Positions 28,501 to 42,585 of a stretch of DNA of 64,000 nt are shown here, in pieces (the first letter of the stretch is position 1; the number at the start of each line of letters is the position of its first letter). Source of the stretch: Tubulanus polymorphus (lineage: Eukaryota > Animalia > Nemertea); the NCBI RefSeq assembly GCF_964204645.1, contig NC_134028.1:25292345-25356344 (forward strand), in the 5' to 3' direction. Below the pieces are notes generated by a model. That model had not been told where the DNA came from, ran no database searches, and worked only from the letters and a program-made list of their open reading frames with translations. The translations under genes were made by a program, and so were the position numbers.

Positions 28501-31500
28501 GAAACGACGCTTGCGCGTGTACACACATAGACGAGTTGACTTATATAACCTCGTCACAACACAAACACATACGACATACAACATACGACATGATGAGGCC
28601 TAGTTTAATCATCGTCTTATACGATAATCATCGAGAGACTATTAAATACTGGGTGGATTGTTGACTTGTGACTAATTAACGCAGTAACAATCTCCATACA
28701 TTTAACTGCAGTTCATCACACCGACTATCCCGCAGTAGTAGCGGGTGTGCTTTAAGAGGATAGCGGTCACGGGTCTCTGACTGGAGCCGATATAGCCAGC
28801 CGACCGTTCATTGAGCACTGTTAGTGACTTGGTAGCCGATTAGTACCCTCAGCCGGTCGAAAGGTTACTGATATAGAAGTGGGCCGGATAGCTGCGTGAG
28901 TGGCCCAGCCGCCCAGCTAGTCGCAGGAAAGCCCGAACAGCTGGTCGTCGAGGTAGGCTAGCTACGGACCGAGAAAGCCACACGACTGGTCACTGACAAG
29001 AGAGCGAATACCAGCCATAATATAGGACATCCATGAATGAATTAAAGAACGAAAGTTTATTCGGCCTTATTTCCGGAAGATATCGCTGATGGCCACACGG
29101 CTGGTTGTATATCGCGCCTGAGGGCTTCTCGTCTGCAACACACCGTGTCACGTGATACGTTTTAATTTGCATAATTCGAGACGTCGAACAGATTTTTTAC
29201 TGCGCTGAAGCTGTTTTCTTTATGCGAGTGATATGCTTTTCTAATCATCTGGAAGGAAGAAATCGCGGTTCGAAACGTTATCAGGGGTAGCCCGTTTTTC
29301 TATTTGATCATCGTTTGAGCGATGCACCGAACAGTCGACGTCGGGTGAAACACTATTTTAACGGCATTTGATGGAAAATTTACGGCTCTCTTCTCTCGGT
29401 TGTGCGAGAAAACACATTTATATCCGTGTATGAAAAACGACTGTTATAATAGACGGGACAATTCTACAATTCTATACTAATGATGTTTTCTCATTCTATG
29501 GCTTAGCGACGAATTTACGAACTGCGGATAGATATAACAAACGTACTTGCTTCTTAGTATTGCTAGTCCGGAAGATGGTTTACTCGTCCTGCGGGACCGT
29601 CGAATCTTTGTGTACCGAAACGACACAATTTCAGGAATTAATTGCAATGTTTGGTTAGGCAAACAAGCGTTGGTGATATTAGTATAAACCTCTTAGCGAA
29701 TAGGCTGACCGGCTTATCGTAGTCCGGACTGAATTTATCACGGAGAACGTCCTACCGAAACTGATACGAAATGCGCCACCGCATTAAACGGCGAAGAGCG
29801 GGCATTTTTAATCTTTCGATACCGAATTACGATTAATGGTAAATGTTTATGAATCTGTATAAGTTGATGTTTGAATATTGACGGTTACAGTCGCGCGTAC
29901 GGTACAATAAGTTCATTAATGGTTTGAGTGATTGGTTAACATATGCTCGTCTACGTTATCGTTGAATCAATGAGCATTGATAACCGGAGTCAATTAGATT
30001 TATACAGTATCGCAACTGTGATAACCGCTTCGAAAATCTGTGCTTAAGTTTCTATTACGCAAAACCGTCCGTCCAAACGTCGACCGCACATCGAGCGGAA
30101 AAGACAAGGACACGAGCAGATCGAATTCTAGAATATAATCGCCGAAAAAACTGGATGTCAAATTTGTGGAGTTTTACATGGCTTTCTCTGATCGAGTACC
30201 AGGTTCAGACTATAGGGATAGTAGTGAGTTGGATGGCCTGTTTAGCTAAGCTGACGTTACTTATAGTGAATATTCTCATGCAAAGTAAGTCTTCTTAATG
30301 TTCTTACTCAATTACCAAAAGTCTTTTTTCAATTCCATGGCGTTTATTACCAACCACACTTGAATGTGTCCCGAAATACGAATTTGTTGATATTTCATTC
30401 CTGGGAAAATTAATGAAACGCTGTTGCCGAAAATGACGTTTGAATATCAGAATAATTACTCGGATCTTTCAAATAGAAAATGGAAATTATAACTGTGTGG
30501 ACTTCTTCATTGGTGCAGAATTGTTGTGTGCATCAAACCACCATGATTATTCGGCCTTTGAATGCTTCTAGGGAATCATGAAGCGAATTCAAGCTTCAAT
30601 GCTGTTGGGAATGGAATTATTTTTCGTACCCATTTCGTGAGTTCACTCAACGATTTCATCGCGTTTGAAAATATCTATAACTTCGGCATTTCTTTTTTCC
30701 TAAAACGCCAATATCCCCGTCGTCGAAAGCCGCGTCTCGATATTCTAATGCTTTATAACCGGAATTTAAAAATGCAGTCGAAATGTAAGCAGCGATCGTT
30801 GCAGGTTTTTTGCACCTTTAGACACGTATTCGAGCATATACGATCGTGTTATAAGTGTAACGTCGATGGTTCGGTGTATGTTATGCGTAGGATTAGATAA
30901 CTTCTTTTTCAAATTATATCATATTCACCTAATCGTTAGACGGGTGTATAGAAAAGCTAATAATTAGAGAATTAGAAATTCAGAATAGTCAGACAGGACC
31001 AACTGGTTCCACGTAAACATTGACTCGGCGAATTAATCAATCGTAGCTTGGAGTGGTCTCCTAACTTATAACCTGTGAAAATGGGGGCCGCTTCACGGGA
31101 CGGCTTAACAATTTGTCAAGGTTTCATGAGTATTGTCGCATCACGACCACGCGAAATTAGACAAGATCTGTTTCTACCGGATCTGCGTTAACATTTGACG
31201 GTGTAATCCCCTAACATAAAACTGCGCAACTGGGGACCGTTTCATTGCTTAGCATTTCATTATGGTTTCATTAGTTTAGTCGCGTTATGACAAACCGAAT
31301 TTTAAGTCAGTTTGTGAAACGACCCCTAGATCTCTGGTCAATGTATTTTTAATGGATGGTCGTTATTGCATATTACATTATCACTAGAACATTCGTTATG
31401 CTTAGAAATGATGGCAATGGGTCATTGTTATTGTGGTAGTTCTATCTCCCCCAGGGGATATATTATCATAAATAGACAGGACCCAGTTACACAGTAAGTT

Positions 31501-33914
31501 GTCGGTTTCCTACAACGAACTAATATTTTTCCCTTAATCAAATTAACCTCGTAATTACAGATATATTCCAGTCTGTGGTATATTTATCAATGTTTCAGTG
31601 TTTTCGTTATCTTCGATATTGTTAACGAATTATCTGATTATGAGTTAAAACTTATCACGACGATATATCAGTATTCCTTATGCAATAGTCTGTCTTTCTT
31701 CAAACTTATATTTCTAAAATTATGCAGTTATACAATCGCATTTACACATGTAAAAAAATTTCAATTAAATTTGATTCTAGTCTCGAAGTATCTACGCATC
31801 TGAAGTCAGATGAGGTCGACACTTTTTTTGAATTGATTTTTATCCTCGCAACTGGCTCTTAAATATCGTATATATTTTTCATACAATTTGAATTATCTAC
31901 TTATTGCATTTTATGGTGAATATTTAATGTCTGAAACGCTATGAAGATGTCTATCCCCGGTGCAGGTAAGCTTTCTACACAGCGGAATAATGCATTATCT
32001 CCGACTGATGTGTAATAAACTATATTTTATCGGCTGATAGCTTTGTTGAGATATTTCTTGCAGACGCAAATATCTTAAACTGTATTCGTGTTATTATGCA
32101 ATCGTAATTCCAGACGCCGATTTTCACGAACGCAATTACGTTTGAATTTAAAATCGAAGCGATTTCTTGTATTTTCCATTTCGTCGTTCGGTCGGAAATT
32201 CGTTATTCGTTCTTTGATTTATTTTCATCGAGCACTCCTCTAACTACAACATTAAAACCCGGTTTGACTCTGCGGTAGAAATTACATGTTTATAGTTTCA
32301 CTTTCAATGTATTTTTTGACGTAATCTATTCGTCGGTCTCCGAGACTTTTTCGTCATGAGTCGGTCATTAATTCATAAAAACCTAATTGGAACGAGGGAA
32401 ATCGTACAATGAAGAAAAAACTGAAAATAACAGTCGAAACCTCGTAGCGCTCTAGTGAAACCTTAATCGTTTATGTTCGCAGATGCCCGGGGCGGTGACT
32501 GTAAAACGGTTGAAAAGGTATTTCGCAATTGAGTGTTTTTAGCTCAGCGATTGCGATTACACACACAAGATCTGTCTTACAAACAAAACCAGTATCGCGC
32601 ACAACTACACTCCACAAACACATGTACGTCGCGTTTGTTTTTACCGTAATTCGACTCTTATTGGAGAGTGGATTTACAAACTTAGAAAACTTTTTTCAAC
32701 CGGAGTCCGCGTTGTCTATTCTTTCCGGGGATGATTTTGGAATATAGTTTGCACCGCTATTGCTCTGTCGACCAGCGAAACAGTATTGATGATAGCAAAA
32801 ACCAAAACCCGTAAATACGAAATTCCATTTCATGAAATGAAACCATAACCACAAAAGTATATGACATCCTGAATTTCAATTGTAACAAACTTGATTGCAT
32901 TAAGCAATATTGTCTTTTACGTTTAGTGGACGAACAGAGGCGCTTTCCTTTTGTGTCACCTTCAAAACCTTAATAAATAACCTTATCCGCGGTGGTCCTT
33001 TGAAAGGATGTTACGTATATAATCCATATTAGCAACTGAAATGGTCATGTTGCTAATCGACTAATAGTACTAACTGCGTAGTTGCTAATTAAGTTCAAGT
33101 TTATTGTTTTCATAGAATAAACCATTGTAATATTTACGAGACAGTTTGAAGAAAGTTCGATGGACTATCGCACACACTCCCGCCTAGTAAAAACACCGAA
33201 TATAATGGCATAGAATATGCTCTATAGAAAGTGGATGTCATGAGTATTCAAAGGACAAGTAACCTCTTGAGCGCCCAAAATACGTGTTTGGACCGGGTAA
33301 AAATGAGTCGTTGAATAAGGCACTTCCCCGGAAGAGCCGAACCTTTCTACTTATATCCGTTCAATTCGCAATACCGGCAACGATACTGTGGCGAGCAAGG
33401 ATTCCGTGAGGTTCTACCAAATTAACTAGTAATTACTGAGTTTCTCAATTTAGAAATTTGGGTCCTGAATCCAGTAAAAAGCTGATCAAAATGAACTAAT
33501 GCTGACTTAAAAAACAGACCGTTTAGTTGCGCCACCTAGTGTTGTATACCAGTATCCATCCACAGTGACACATCGTAATTATCGTTAATCGACACTGTTT
33601 CTTTGAAGGTCATAGACCCCACTTAAACTATTGTCGTAACCAGAACTCATAAATACGAAAACAAAGTTTCCTAGAAGAAAAAACGTTCTATCGCTGAGTT
33701 GTACCTTCACAATAAGAGTTTTATCGACTGCACGCCTCTTAAAGGGTAACTGACACTTTTTTAAAGATAAATACAATAGTATCGGTTCTTATAGGTAAAC
33801 ATAACCGCATCTTCTCGTTCGAACTGTCGAGTATTTCTATAATAGTTGTCACAGTGTTCACCGGTAGTACTCGTGCGGCAGACATCGCTTCGTTCTGATC
33901 GGTATTGCGCGGCG

Positions 33915-33983
33915 CTCGCTCTCTCTCTCGCTCTCTCTCTCTCAGTCTCTCTCTCTCTCGCTCTCTCTCTCTCTCTCAGTCTC
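33915..33983. repeat. Imperfect (CT)n tract about 1.4 kb upstream of the nAChR start codon
   Basis: Directly visible. Confidence 0.9.
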
Positions 33984-35362
33984 TTGCTATGCTGCGCCAT
34001 TAGCGAGAATTCAGCGCCACGATTCGATTCATGTTAACACTCATTTCTATTCATAGTTTTTTTTTCTGCAGAGTTGTTTTAGCAGATACTGTATATATTG
34101 TATACATGACCGAAAACCTACATCCTACATTTCATTAAAAAAGATTACGCCCATATACGCACTAGTCGCTTGTATTAAATAGCTGACAGATCGTTACCAA
34201 CAATAAGACAGATTCCGTAATCTCCGCGCGTTGCTCTGCGCGGATTATTCGCACGAGAATCTTCGCAGGGGTCAAAATACTGTGGGTTGAATTAATCTCG
34301 AGGTTTATAATCGGCGGATTAGAAGGCGCCGTGCGATGATCCACGCTTAGGCGCATTTTAACTATCAAAAGTACCTACGACCGTTGCTGTTAATTTCACA
34401 CGTGGTCAGTCCTGCAGGGCTTGTTGCTGTCATTTATAATCCGATTAGGTTTATTGATAGATATTCGGTCGAATTTGAATCGAACTGCGATAATTAACTA
34501 TTGACAATAAAACAGCGTAAAGCAAAAGAATTGCTGTTAGTGTATTGAATATAGTAATGCAAATTCGGTGTGGCCTCAGTTATTCGTAGGGACCTACTAT
34601 TGGGGGAGCGAACTAGAGAGATATCTCCGAACTCTCGTAAACCGGGAAGTGGTGCTTCTAAACACATGGTGCTGATGGACCTAATGACCGTCGTGCGCTT
34701 CAGCAGTACCTTCTGATCAGTTCTGTACGTATCGGTAATTTTATTAATACGGATATATGATATAATATAGATTGGTCGCCGTGTGTGTGTAACCGTAAAA
34801 GACGGACTGGTCGCCGTTTGTACGCGTCGCGCTATCGTAGATTAGAACATACTTGAATATATTTGACAGTTGCCGTGTTCCCGGTTGGACCATTCTCTCT
34901 CGCGAGAATCGAAACATTTCGCCGCAATTTTTACGAGTAGATAATGAATGACGTAAAGATACATTAGCATTATTCTTATAGCCGTTCTTTTAGTCCGATG
35001 TGAATAAGTACAAGCATCACGGATTGAATCGTGAACGTAGCGCGATCTTGTGTCGGGACAATTGATATTCCCGCGTGTACCCATCTGCATTTCGGTCTGC
35101 TTCGGAAGGGGGTGTTGTGTCTGATCGCGTCTTACGTCTGGTTAGATTTATATTCGGCTGTGTTTCCTGGTTTACCTCGGGTTGGCTTTTCGACGTATGC
35201 GGTCAGATACCGGTGTAATAAATGACAATGCAACGGGATGATTCGCAGCTGCTCGTAAGACACCGCCGCGTTACACCGTCATCGTCATCGTCTGACGTGT
35301 CGGCGAAGAAAAGATGATCGCTAAAAAATCGACGTTGTTTCTAATATCGCTATCGTACAAAC

Positions 35363-35516
35363 ATGGATGTTATGAAAAAGTTAACGCTCGTCTGCGTGAT
35401 AATCGTGTGTTCGGGCGCGTGGATGTGTGGTGTCGTTTCCGGTCATAGGGACGATGAGGATACCGAACTGGAACACGAAGAAAATGTGATATCAAAACAA
35501 TCCGGTGATCACCCAG
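35363..35516 (+). CDS. nAChR alpha-type subunit, coding exon 1 (signal peptide plus acidic N-terminal extension)
   Basis: ATG at 35363 opens MDVMKKLTLVCVIIVCSGAWMCGVVSG-HRDDEDTELEHEENVISKQSGDHP, with a basic n-region, hydrophobic h-region and VSG cleavage-like site. It ends CCAG|GTTGTA in phase 1 (154 nt), which joins exon 2 in frame (G+AC=Asp). Not in the ORF track. Confidence 0.8.
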
Positions 35517-38500
35517 GTTGTACATTATTATAGTTTTACCTTATTTACGTAGATTTTAGTTTGTTTTTAACTTTTAGCTTAACAGTATCGAGACTTAAGT
35601 CTAAGAGTTAATAACCTTTGCACTTAAGTCTTTATATACTCTTTACATTTTAGTCTTTGGTCTGATATTCTTTCGACTTAAACTTTGAGACGTTAACCGT
35701 TTACACTTAAATCTATCTGTCTTATTGTGTAGGACTTAAGTCATGAGTCACACAGTCTTTAGACTGATTTAGTATTACGCTCTTTAGACTATGGCACCTA
35801 AATGAAATTCTATTTTTCAAATAATTCCGTGCTTTGAATGATTCTGACTGATGATTATTTGCGGGCCGTTATCTACAACTGTGAGTGAAATCTAACGCAA
35901 AAATAAGTCCGTTTTCAATTCTAAAAATCTAACTCAATTCTCCGGAAGTGGGGCCTGACGTTTTACCGCGCTATTATAACGTCACTCTCTAATGGGAAAA
36001 GTGGGTGTACTAAAGTAGCGGAAATGCGGTCTGGTCAGTGGCGTGCGGTTACTATGGATGTCGATAATGGAATGTCTATTTAAAATACCATTGATCACTT
36101 ATACACAAAATCTCCACGAAATGTGATGAATATTGCGCGACAATAAGGAAGAGATGGAGATAGAGCGATGCGCCACACGAGGCGATGAAAAACATAGGAT
36201 ACATATTAATCCGATTTGAGCCCTGGTTTTATAGACAGCTCGGCTTTCTGTGGCTGCGGGAGGCGGTTAATACAACGCTTTCTTGTTTAACCGTGGGAAT
36301 AACTCGCGCGCTGTATTCTTTTTAAATCTTTTGGGTTTGCTGGATTCGGGGGAACTTATCAGACGTATACAAGTTGATCAAATATTTTTGGGCTGCTCTT
36401 TTTCGTTTTGTCAACAAAAATATGCAGACAAGAATTTTAGTGCAGGAGTACGTTTAATAAGGCAGTTTGGACTTTAAAGTGCCCTTTTAGGATATGTCCT
36501 TCAAAATTTGCCTTAGGATCCGGCGCCGCTCTTAGTTCCCTTATAGATCCACCCTCTGTAGTAGCCGATCTTAAGCGGCATAAACTATTGAAGAGCTAGA
36601 TTCTGACTTCGCGATCAGATACGCATTTTTTCCATATGAGTAGTTGTTAGGAGCTGGCGTTGTGAATAGCACTTTGCGCGCTGCGGTTCGCCTAAATGAA
36701 ATATCTGTTTAACTTGGTAAATAGTTTGTTAATGACTGGCCCGCTTGCGAAGAGCCATGGCACCCGTCGGCAATAACCAATGGATTCTACAAGCCCATAT
36801 CCATTGCGGTATGATTTCAAACAAACACGGATCTCTAATTAAACCATTGGTATTCAACGACTGTCATATCGCGGATTGCATTGAAACCATGGTCGATGAT
36901 CGAATCCAAGACGCGACCATCACAAATATTATCAATTACCTATTTTGTTCTTATGGTTATTTTGTTCTCAAGGTCGCGTGTCAGAAACAAGACACTGTCT
37001 TTTTCAATTCGGAAAATAATATAACAAATGAATATTTCGATTTCCCCTGGTATATGCTCAGGATCGAGTTTTTCGCTAAGGTTTGTAGTTTGAGAATAAT
37101 TCATAAATGAAATGATTCTTACTTTCGGAGTAAAAAAAAAACTAGAACAGTCAAAATCAAATGATTTCCAATTACTAGCTCTGTATATATTCAAGTCAAA
37201 TATAACTTGATGGTGAAATGTTAACGGTTGAATCACTGAGAAGGTATTGTATTATCCGGTATTATTTTTTCACTGTTTCTATTCTCGGACTCTGATGACA
37301 GATACACAACACAATTGTACTGATCACATTTTCCCTTTAGGCGTCTTATGATAGTTCTACGATAACGAGTCCATTAATTGGTATATAAAGCTACAGCTCT
37401 GTAGAAATCTAATCAGCTATTTTCATGTCGTTCATTACGGCAATATGTAACACCGCTTCATATATGTGATCATAAAAATATGTCATTCTTAATGCGCTAG
37501 ATACTGGCATTCGGGTACACTGAACTAACCCCTGCCTCCACCTGAGTTAGCCTACACGTCACACGTGCCTTCCTTGCAACATCTCGATTAGGCGATCAAA
37601 TATGATAATATGTATAAATATATAAGATGAAATCCCACGATACGAAAAAGCAAGTCCGAGAGGTTTCTTTGCTTATATTTATTCGACGTATCGACTCAAC
37701 AGAGTGTTCCTGGATACGACTATCAGGATATAGTCGGAGCGTTCCCAGATACGACTAGCAGGATAGTCGAATGAAACATTAGTTCAAGGAAACTTTTTGG
37801 ACTCGTTTCTTTTGTACCGTTGGATTTTATCTTGGCCGTCGTAAACGTAGCTATGTTTCTGAGTGCGCCCTGATAAATGGTTTTTTCATCATTACGCATT
37901 AGCGATATACGAATCAAGTGGTTGCACGAAGGCCACGTGTTACAGAGAGCAGTCGACACATCTCTCAAATTGGCATTGTTAAACCGATAGACTCCGATCA
38001 GAAATATTGTCGAAGGACCTAGCGTTTTCGATTTCAGTGCCTTGTCGTGCACGGAGCTCCTATTCGAATAATAAGCAGCCTTCGCCATATTCGAAATGAT
38101 ATTCAACTGAAAATAATGACATCGGAGAAAGAAAAATCTTTGAATTAATTGAAATAAAAGTTCGTCCGTCCGCGAAAATAATGAACGGCGCAGTTTTGCG
38201 ATGAAACATACATGTTTGTATCCGATAGGAAAATGATTAATTGGCTTCGCTGAGTAACTTGTATTACTTGTATTACTTCTATTACTCCGGAGAAATATCG
38301 TCATATTAAAAGGTGGAGGAAATAGGCAAACATCCTGTTACATGTACATAGTTCTAGAAAATGAATTGATTAGTTAAATTCATGTATAAAGCCGCTACGT
38401 AAATAATACCATAAGAGTTAGAATTTTACGAGTAAAGATGAGACGATGATGTATTGATATCGCAGATCCATGGAACATTATAATCTATTCAATCCCCGAT

Positions 38501-40075
38501 TTAATTAATGATCATTCAGTCTTGAGTAAACAAGGCACTCATTTCATTTCCTGATATTCTGATAAAGCCGCAGTTTGCGCGAAGATTCGACCGCCGACCA
38601 AATCCTATCCGCCGCTAGAATGATACGATATCGAGAAATCCATACAGACATCCACAGCAATTCAAACGATTCAAAAATTCTAAGTTAAGAATGTATCGAG
38701 TAATATCGTGTATGGGAGCCTTGCATTTAGTACAAACTTTATACCAAAGATCATATAACTAAAAGTCTATTCGTCTATTAACATTAGTGGTTCCAATTCT
38801 TCTTAGCCCCACCGTGAATTCGTTTAAGAGACCGCGGTTCCACCTTGGAGTAATTATCCTGTCAGTATGATTAGCTGTGTTTGTAGTACTGACTGACCAC
38901 TCGACCGAACAGTTAGATTGAACAAAATAGACGCGGTTTTTAGTTCCCCGCTTCGCGCACGGACAAGTTCATGCTTAAGCAAGTTCTCGATTTAGTCAAG
39001 ATCTCGGCGTGTGCGCACACGTCACGAGAATTTTCTCGCGGAAGTCTCACCGTCTGCGCATGGGCTTTAAACTGCTAAAATTGCTCATCACCGCTTCCTA
39101 GGTAAAGCGGGAGACTGTGACGACACAATTCAACGCCTCGGAGCGTCGTCAATCTTTATTTATCGAGATGGTTCGTTCGAAAGATTGCTATTCGTCTGGG
39201 ATCGCTTTATCATAACGTAATACCTTTTTACACAAATATTCCGTATAGCATTTTGTCGTTTCCGTTAATATTCAACAGCGTTCATTATTCCAGAATATTC
39301 GTTTCCTGTCGTCTCGAATGAGAAGGAAATGGTTGATATTTTCGCCGAGATATTCACAGAAAGAATAAGTTGATCTTTTCCTGTTATAGTGTTTATTCTA
39401 CATGAAACCAGGCGCCGGTTTCTAATCAAATCTATTGTTGTTAAACAGTATTGAAGACTGCGCCCTTGTCGCAGGACCGATCGCCTCGGATTAACGCGGA
39501 CAAAATATTCAAAAGTTGTCCTACTCCAAATTAAGCGATGGCGACCCATGTTCACCACGACTGCCACGATAGATTATCATTATCATTGTTATCATTATCA
39601 TCGTTATCGTTATCATCATTATTATTATTACCATTTTTGGTGCCCTGTACATGTTTTATTAAAAAAATAACTCCAAGAAATACTAGAAGCTAGAAGCTCG
39701 TTCCACCATAAAACAACAGATATCGAAAAATGTTCTATGGTCATACGTAAAATGGGCGAAATACATCGAATTCGAAGTTAAAACCAAAGATCGCGCCTGC
39801 TTAAACGGTGTCTATCTTTTCAGGCGACCTCGTTTATTTTTGGCATCGGCGTCGCAAAGTGGCGCATTTTATATTCATTTATCGGAAAATGAACCCCGGA
39901 GAACCCTTATATATATTTCTATTGACTGGTCAAGCAATGAGATGCGTGATAGGAATGTACGCGGTTCTCATTGACCCGTTTATAACCAAAAGACAAGCCG
40001 CGAGTCGGAGAAATAGACACACCGGTTATTCCAGCAGTAACGTCTGTAACTGGACGTAGCAATCACAGTGTGCAT

Positions 40076-40207
<132 letters not shown>

Positions 40208-42369
40208 CAGAAGCTACACATAACTAACAGATGCCGAGGACCCGCGACAAGTGTTTACCCATATCTGCTTGTGCACGTTAATGACCTGTCCAGTTTGTAA
40301 TGGCGCCAGTCCTCGAGCGCTAACAATAATGATGACATCGATGCACTTAACGTTGCACGGGCTAATGACGACAGACGGACATCTTAGGATTCAGTTTTCT
40401 TTGTACTTCGAAATAATTTGGCAAATTATAAACCTGAACGTATCTGTGTTTTATCAACATCGTTGGAAGTTCGATGCCGTCATTACAGTTCCATCTCGTA
40501 GAACGTCTATTAAGGATGTTTAATGAAGAGCTATGAAAATCTAGATTAGAATTTTGGAATGTCAATAAAACTTTATCAAATGGCAACATTTCCAATGCAA
40601 ATTATCATCCGTTTTATTACACGTTGAAGCAAATTAGGAAAAACGAATTTAGTAACGTCTAGACAGGGAATTAGATTCAGCGTATAGCTCGTAATTTGTA
40701 AGAGTTGAAAATGTGTCCTTGTCCGAAAAACCGACTTATGTCAGTACAGGAGTTTATATAGAGCCATCGCACGATTAGATTTTGGCTCCTAGGACAAAAC
40801 CACACGAAATCATAATATAGTATATACATAGCCAGGAACGATAAACTAGATATACTCGGGACAGAATTTTGATTAAAAGGGATTTGTTGCGTCATTCTTT
40901 TCTTCGGACTTTTCCACAGCACGGTGACTTGGTACATGATTGATGCTTGGGCCAGTGAATTCTGATGGCGGAATTCTGGCAATCTTCAACTGTTTGCTGA
41001 AACGCACTCAATAATGATTTGTAGACGCATTCGTGTATGAAATCTGAAGTGTCTTTACTACCGTGTTACGAAGACGGTTCAATAGCTCAACCGATCATAC
41101 AGATAGAAAAATCACTACTCGCTTGCCGCAGTCATTCTGGTCTTACAACATTCTATGTACCATAGCCCGAAACATGTCAAATAAAAATGCTCCGAACGCT
41201 CCAATCTAAACCTGCAGGTGTAGTTTTCTTATCGTCTGGGACTTCAAACGTATTTGACCGAAGTATTTTAACACTTCACTGAACGCAGTAAAAAGTCCAA
41301 CCTCCGGGCAACCTTCAACGCTACTGTGGCAAGCGACGATACGATAGGTGTCGCTAGAAACGTGGTCGTCCGAGTTAAACTCTCGAGATCAATTTTCGAT
41401 GGATTTTATACCAGGCATCGAATAGGAAGGTCAATGTTTCGTAGGTTAACATGATAAGGTTTAGTGACTTTTCGTTGATCGAAAAGTCACTTATTCGTGA
41501 TGAAACTGTTTGATAGTGGAGCCATCGGATGGGGCAGATTGGCCGTCACATTTTAATCGCACTTGACGGTCAATATGATGCGTTTTGACGTCATGTATAT
41601 GACTTTTTGTATAGCTACTGAGGCTGATTTCGTACTAAACTAAACTTTGGCTGGTATTCATTAGGTCCTATAAGGTCCACTGCGGGCTATATTTTCCCAA
41701 GTTCAAATTAGTTAATTGTTTCTCTCACGATCTGATCATCAAATTGATTACAGAATGATCGCCAGTTTTTACCGCGGTCATCAAATAAAACCTACCCGCC
41801 GGGTTTAGGACGAAATAATGATTTAATCATCGTCGAGTCTTAAGTATCGTTTTAGAAAAGACCGTTATCGGTCGTCGTTATACTTTAAACCGTGGGCGCG
41901 TGATCAGTCGTGTTTGTTTGGTCGACACTAAAATCTCTCCGGGAAAGCAACTCAGAGAAAGTGCCATTAAAACTCACCAGTTTATTACTAATAACAGTAA
42001 ATTAACTAGAGGACTGAACACCGAGATCATAAATCCAGATTATGCGCAATATAAACATGCAGCGAAATAGCGAGTTCTAACCAAATTTTTATGGTTGCTT
42101 ATTTTTCTCTGAGTGTACTTGATAAAGTGTTTTCGTAACTTAAGCCGTCGTCGGGTTTTAGCGTGTAATACATTTAGCTTCGTCGCTGTCTCGTTTCATT
42201 ATGAAGACCCGGGTATTACATGTCCTAAAAAGCCGCCATTCATTTGATGCAGATTATCATAGCTAGACTTATGTATCGTTTACTTTCTGGCCATAGACTT
42301 TCTGATTCGATCAGCCTCCAGTTCGCTCCATCCTGCAGGCTAATTGATATATCGCATCCCGGATTACGT

Positions 42370-42585
42370 CTGTCTCATCTCTCTATCTCCACTCTCCTCA
42401 CACTCTACTCTCTCTCACCCTTTCTCTTCTCTCTCCCCTCTTCTATTTCTTTCCCCTCTTCCAACTCATCTATCTCTCCTCCCTCTACTCTATTCTCACT
42501 TTCTTCTCTTTCCACATTCTCCGCAATCCCCTTTCACCCCTCTTCCAGTCCTTTCTCCCAGCCCTCTCTCCTCTCTCGACTCCTC
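42370..42585. repeat. Low-complexity polypyrimidine tract
   Basis: Degenerate CT-rich run inside intron 1. Confidence 0.85.

Noticed and set aside
31941-31965. ATG...GCAG|gtaagc as an alternative phase-1 first exon
   Set aside because: Only 8 codons with no signal peptide and an in-frame stop just upstream; unsupported without transcripts.
37723-38304. 193-aa minus-strand ORF in intron 1
   Set aside because: No recognisable domain or coding-like composition.
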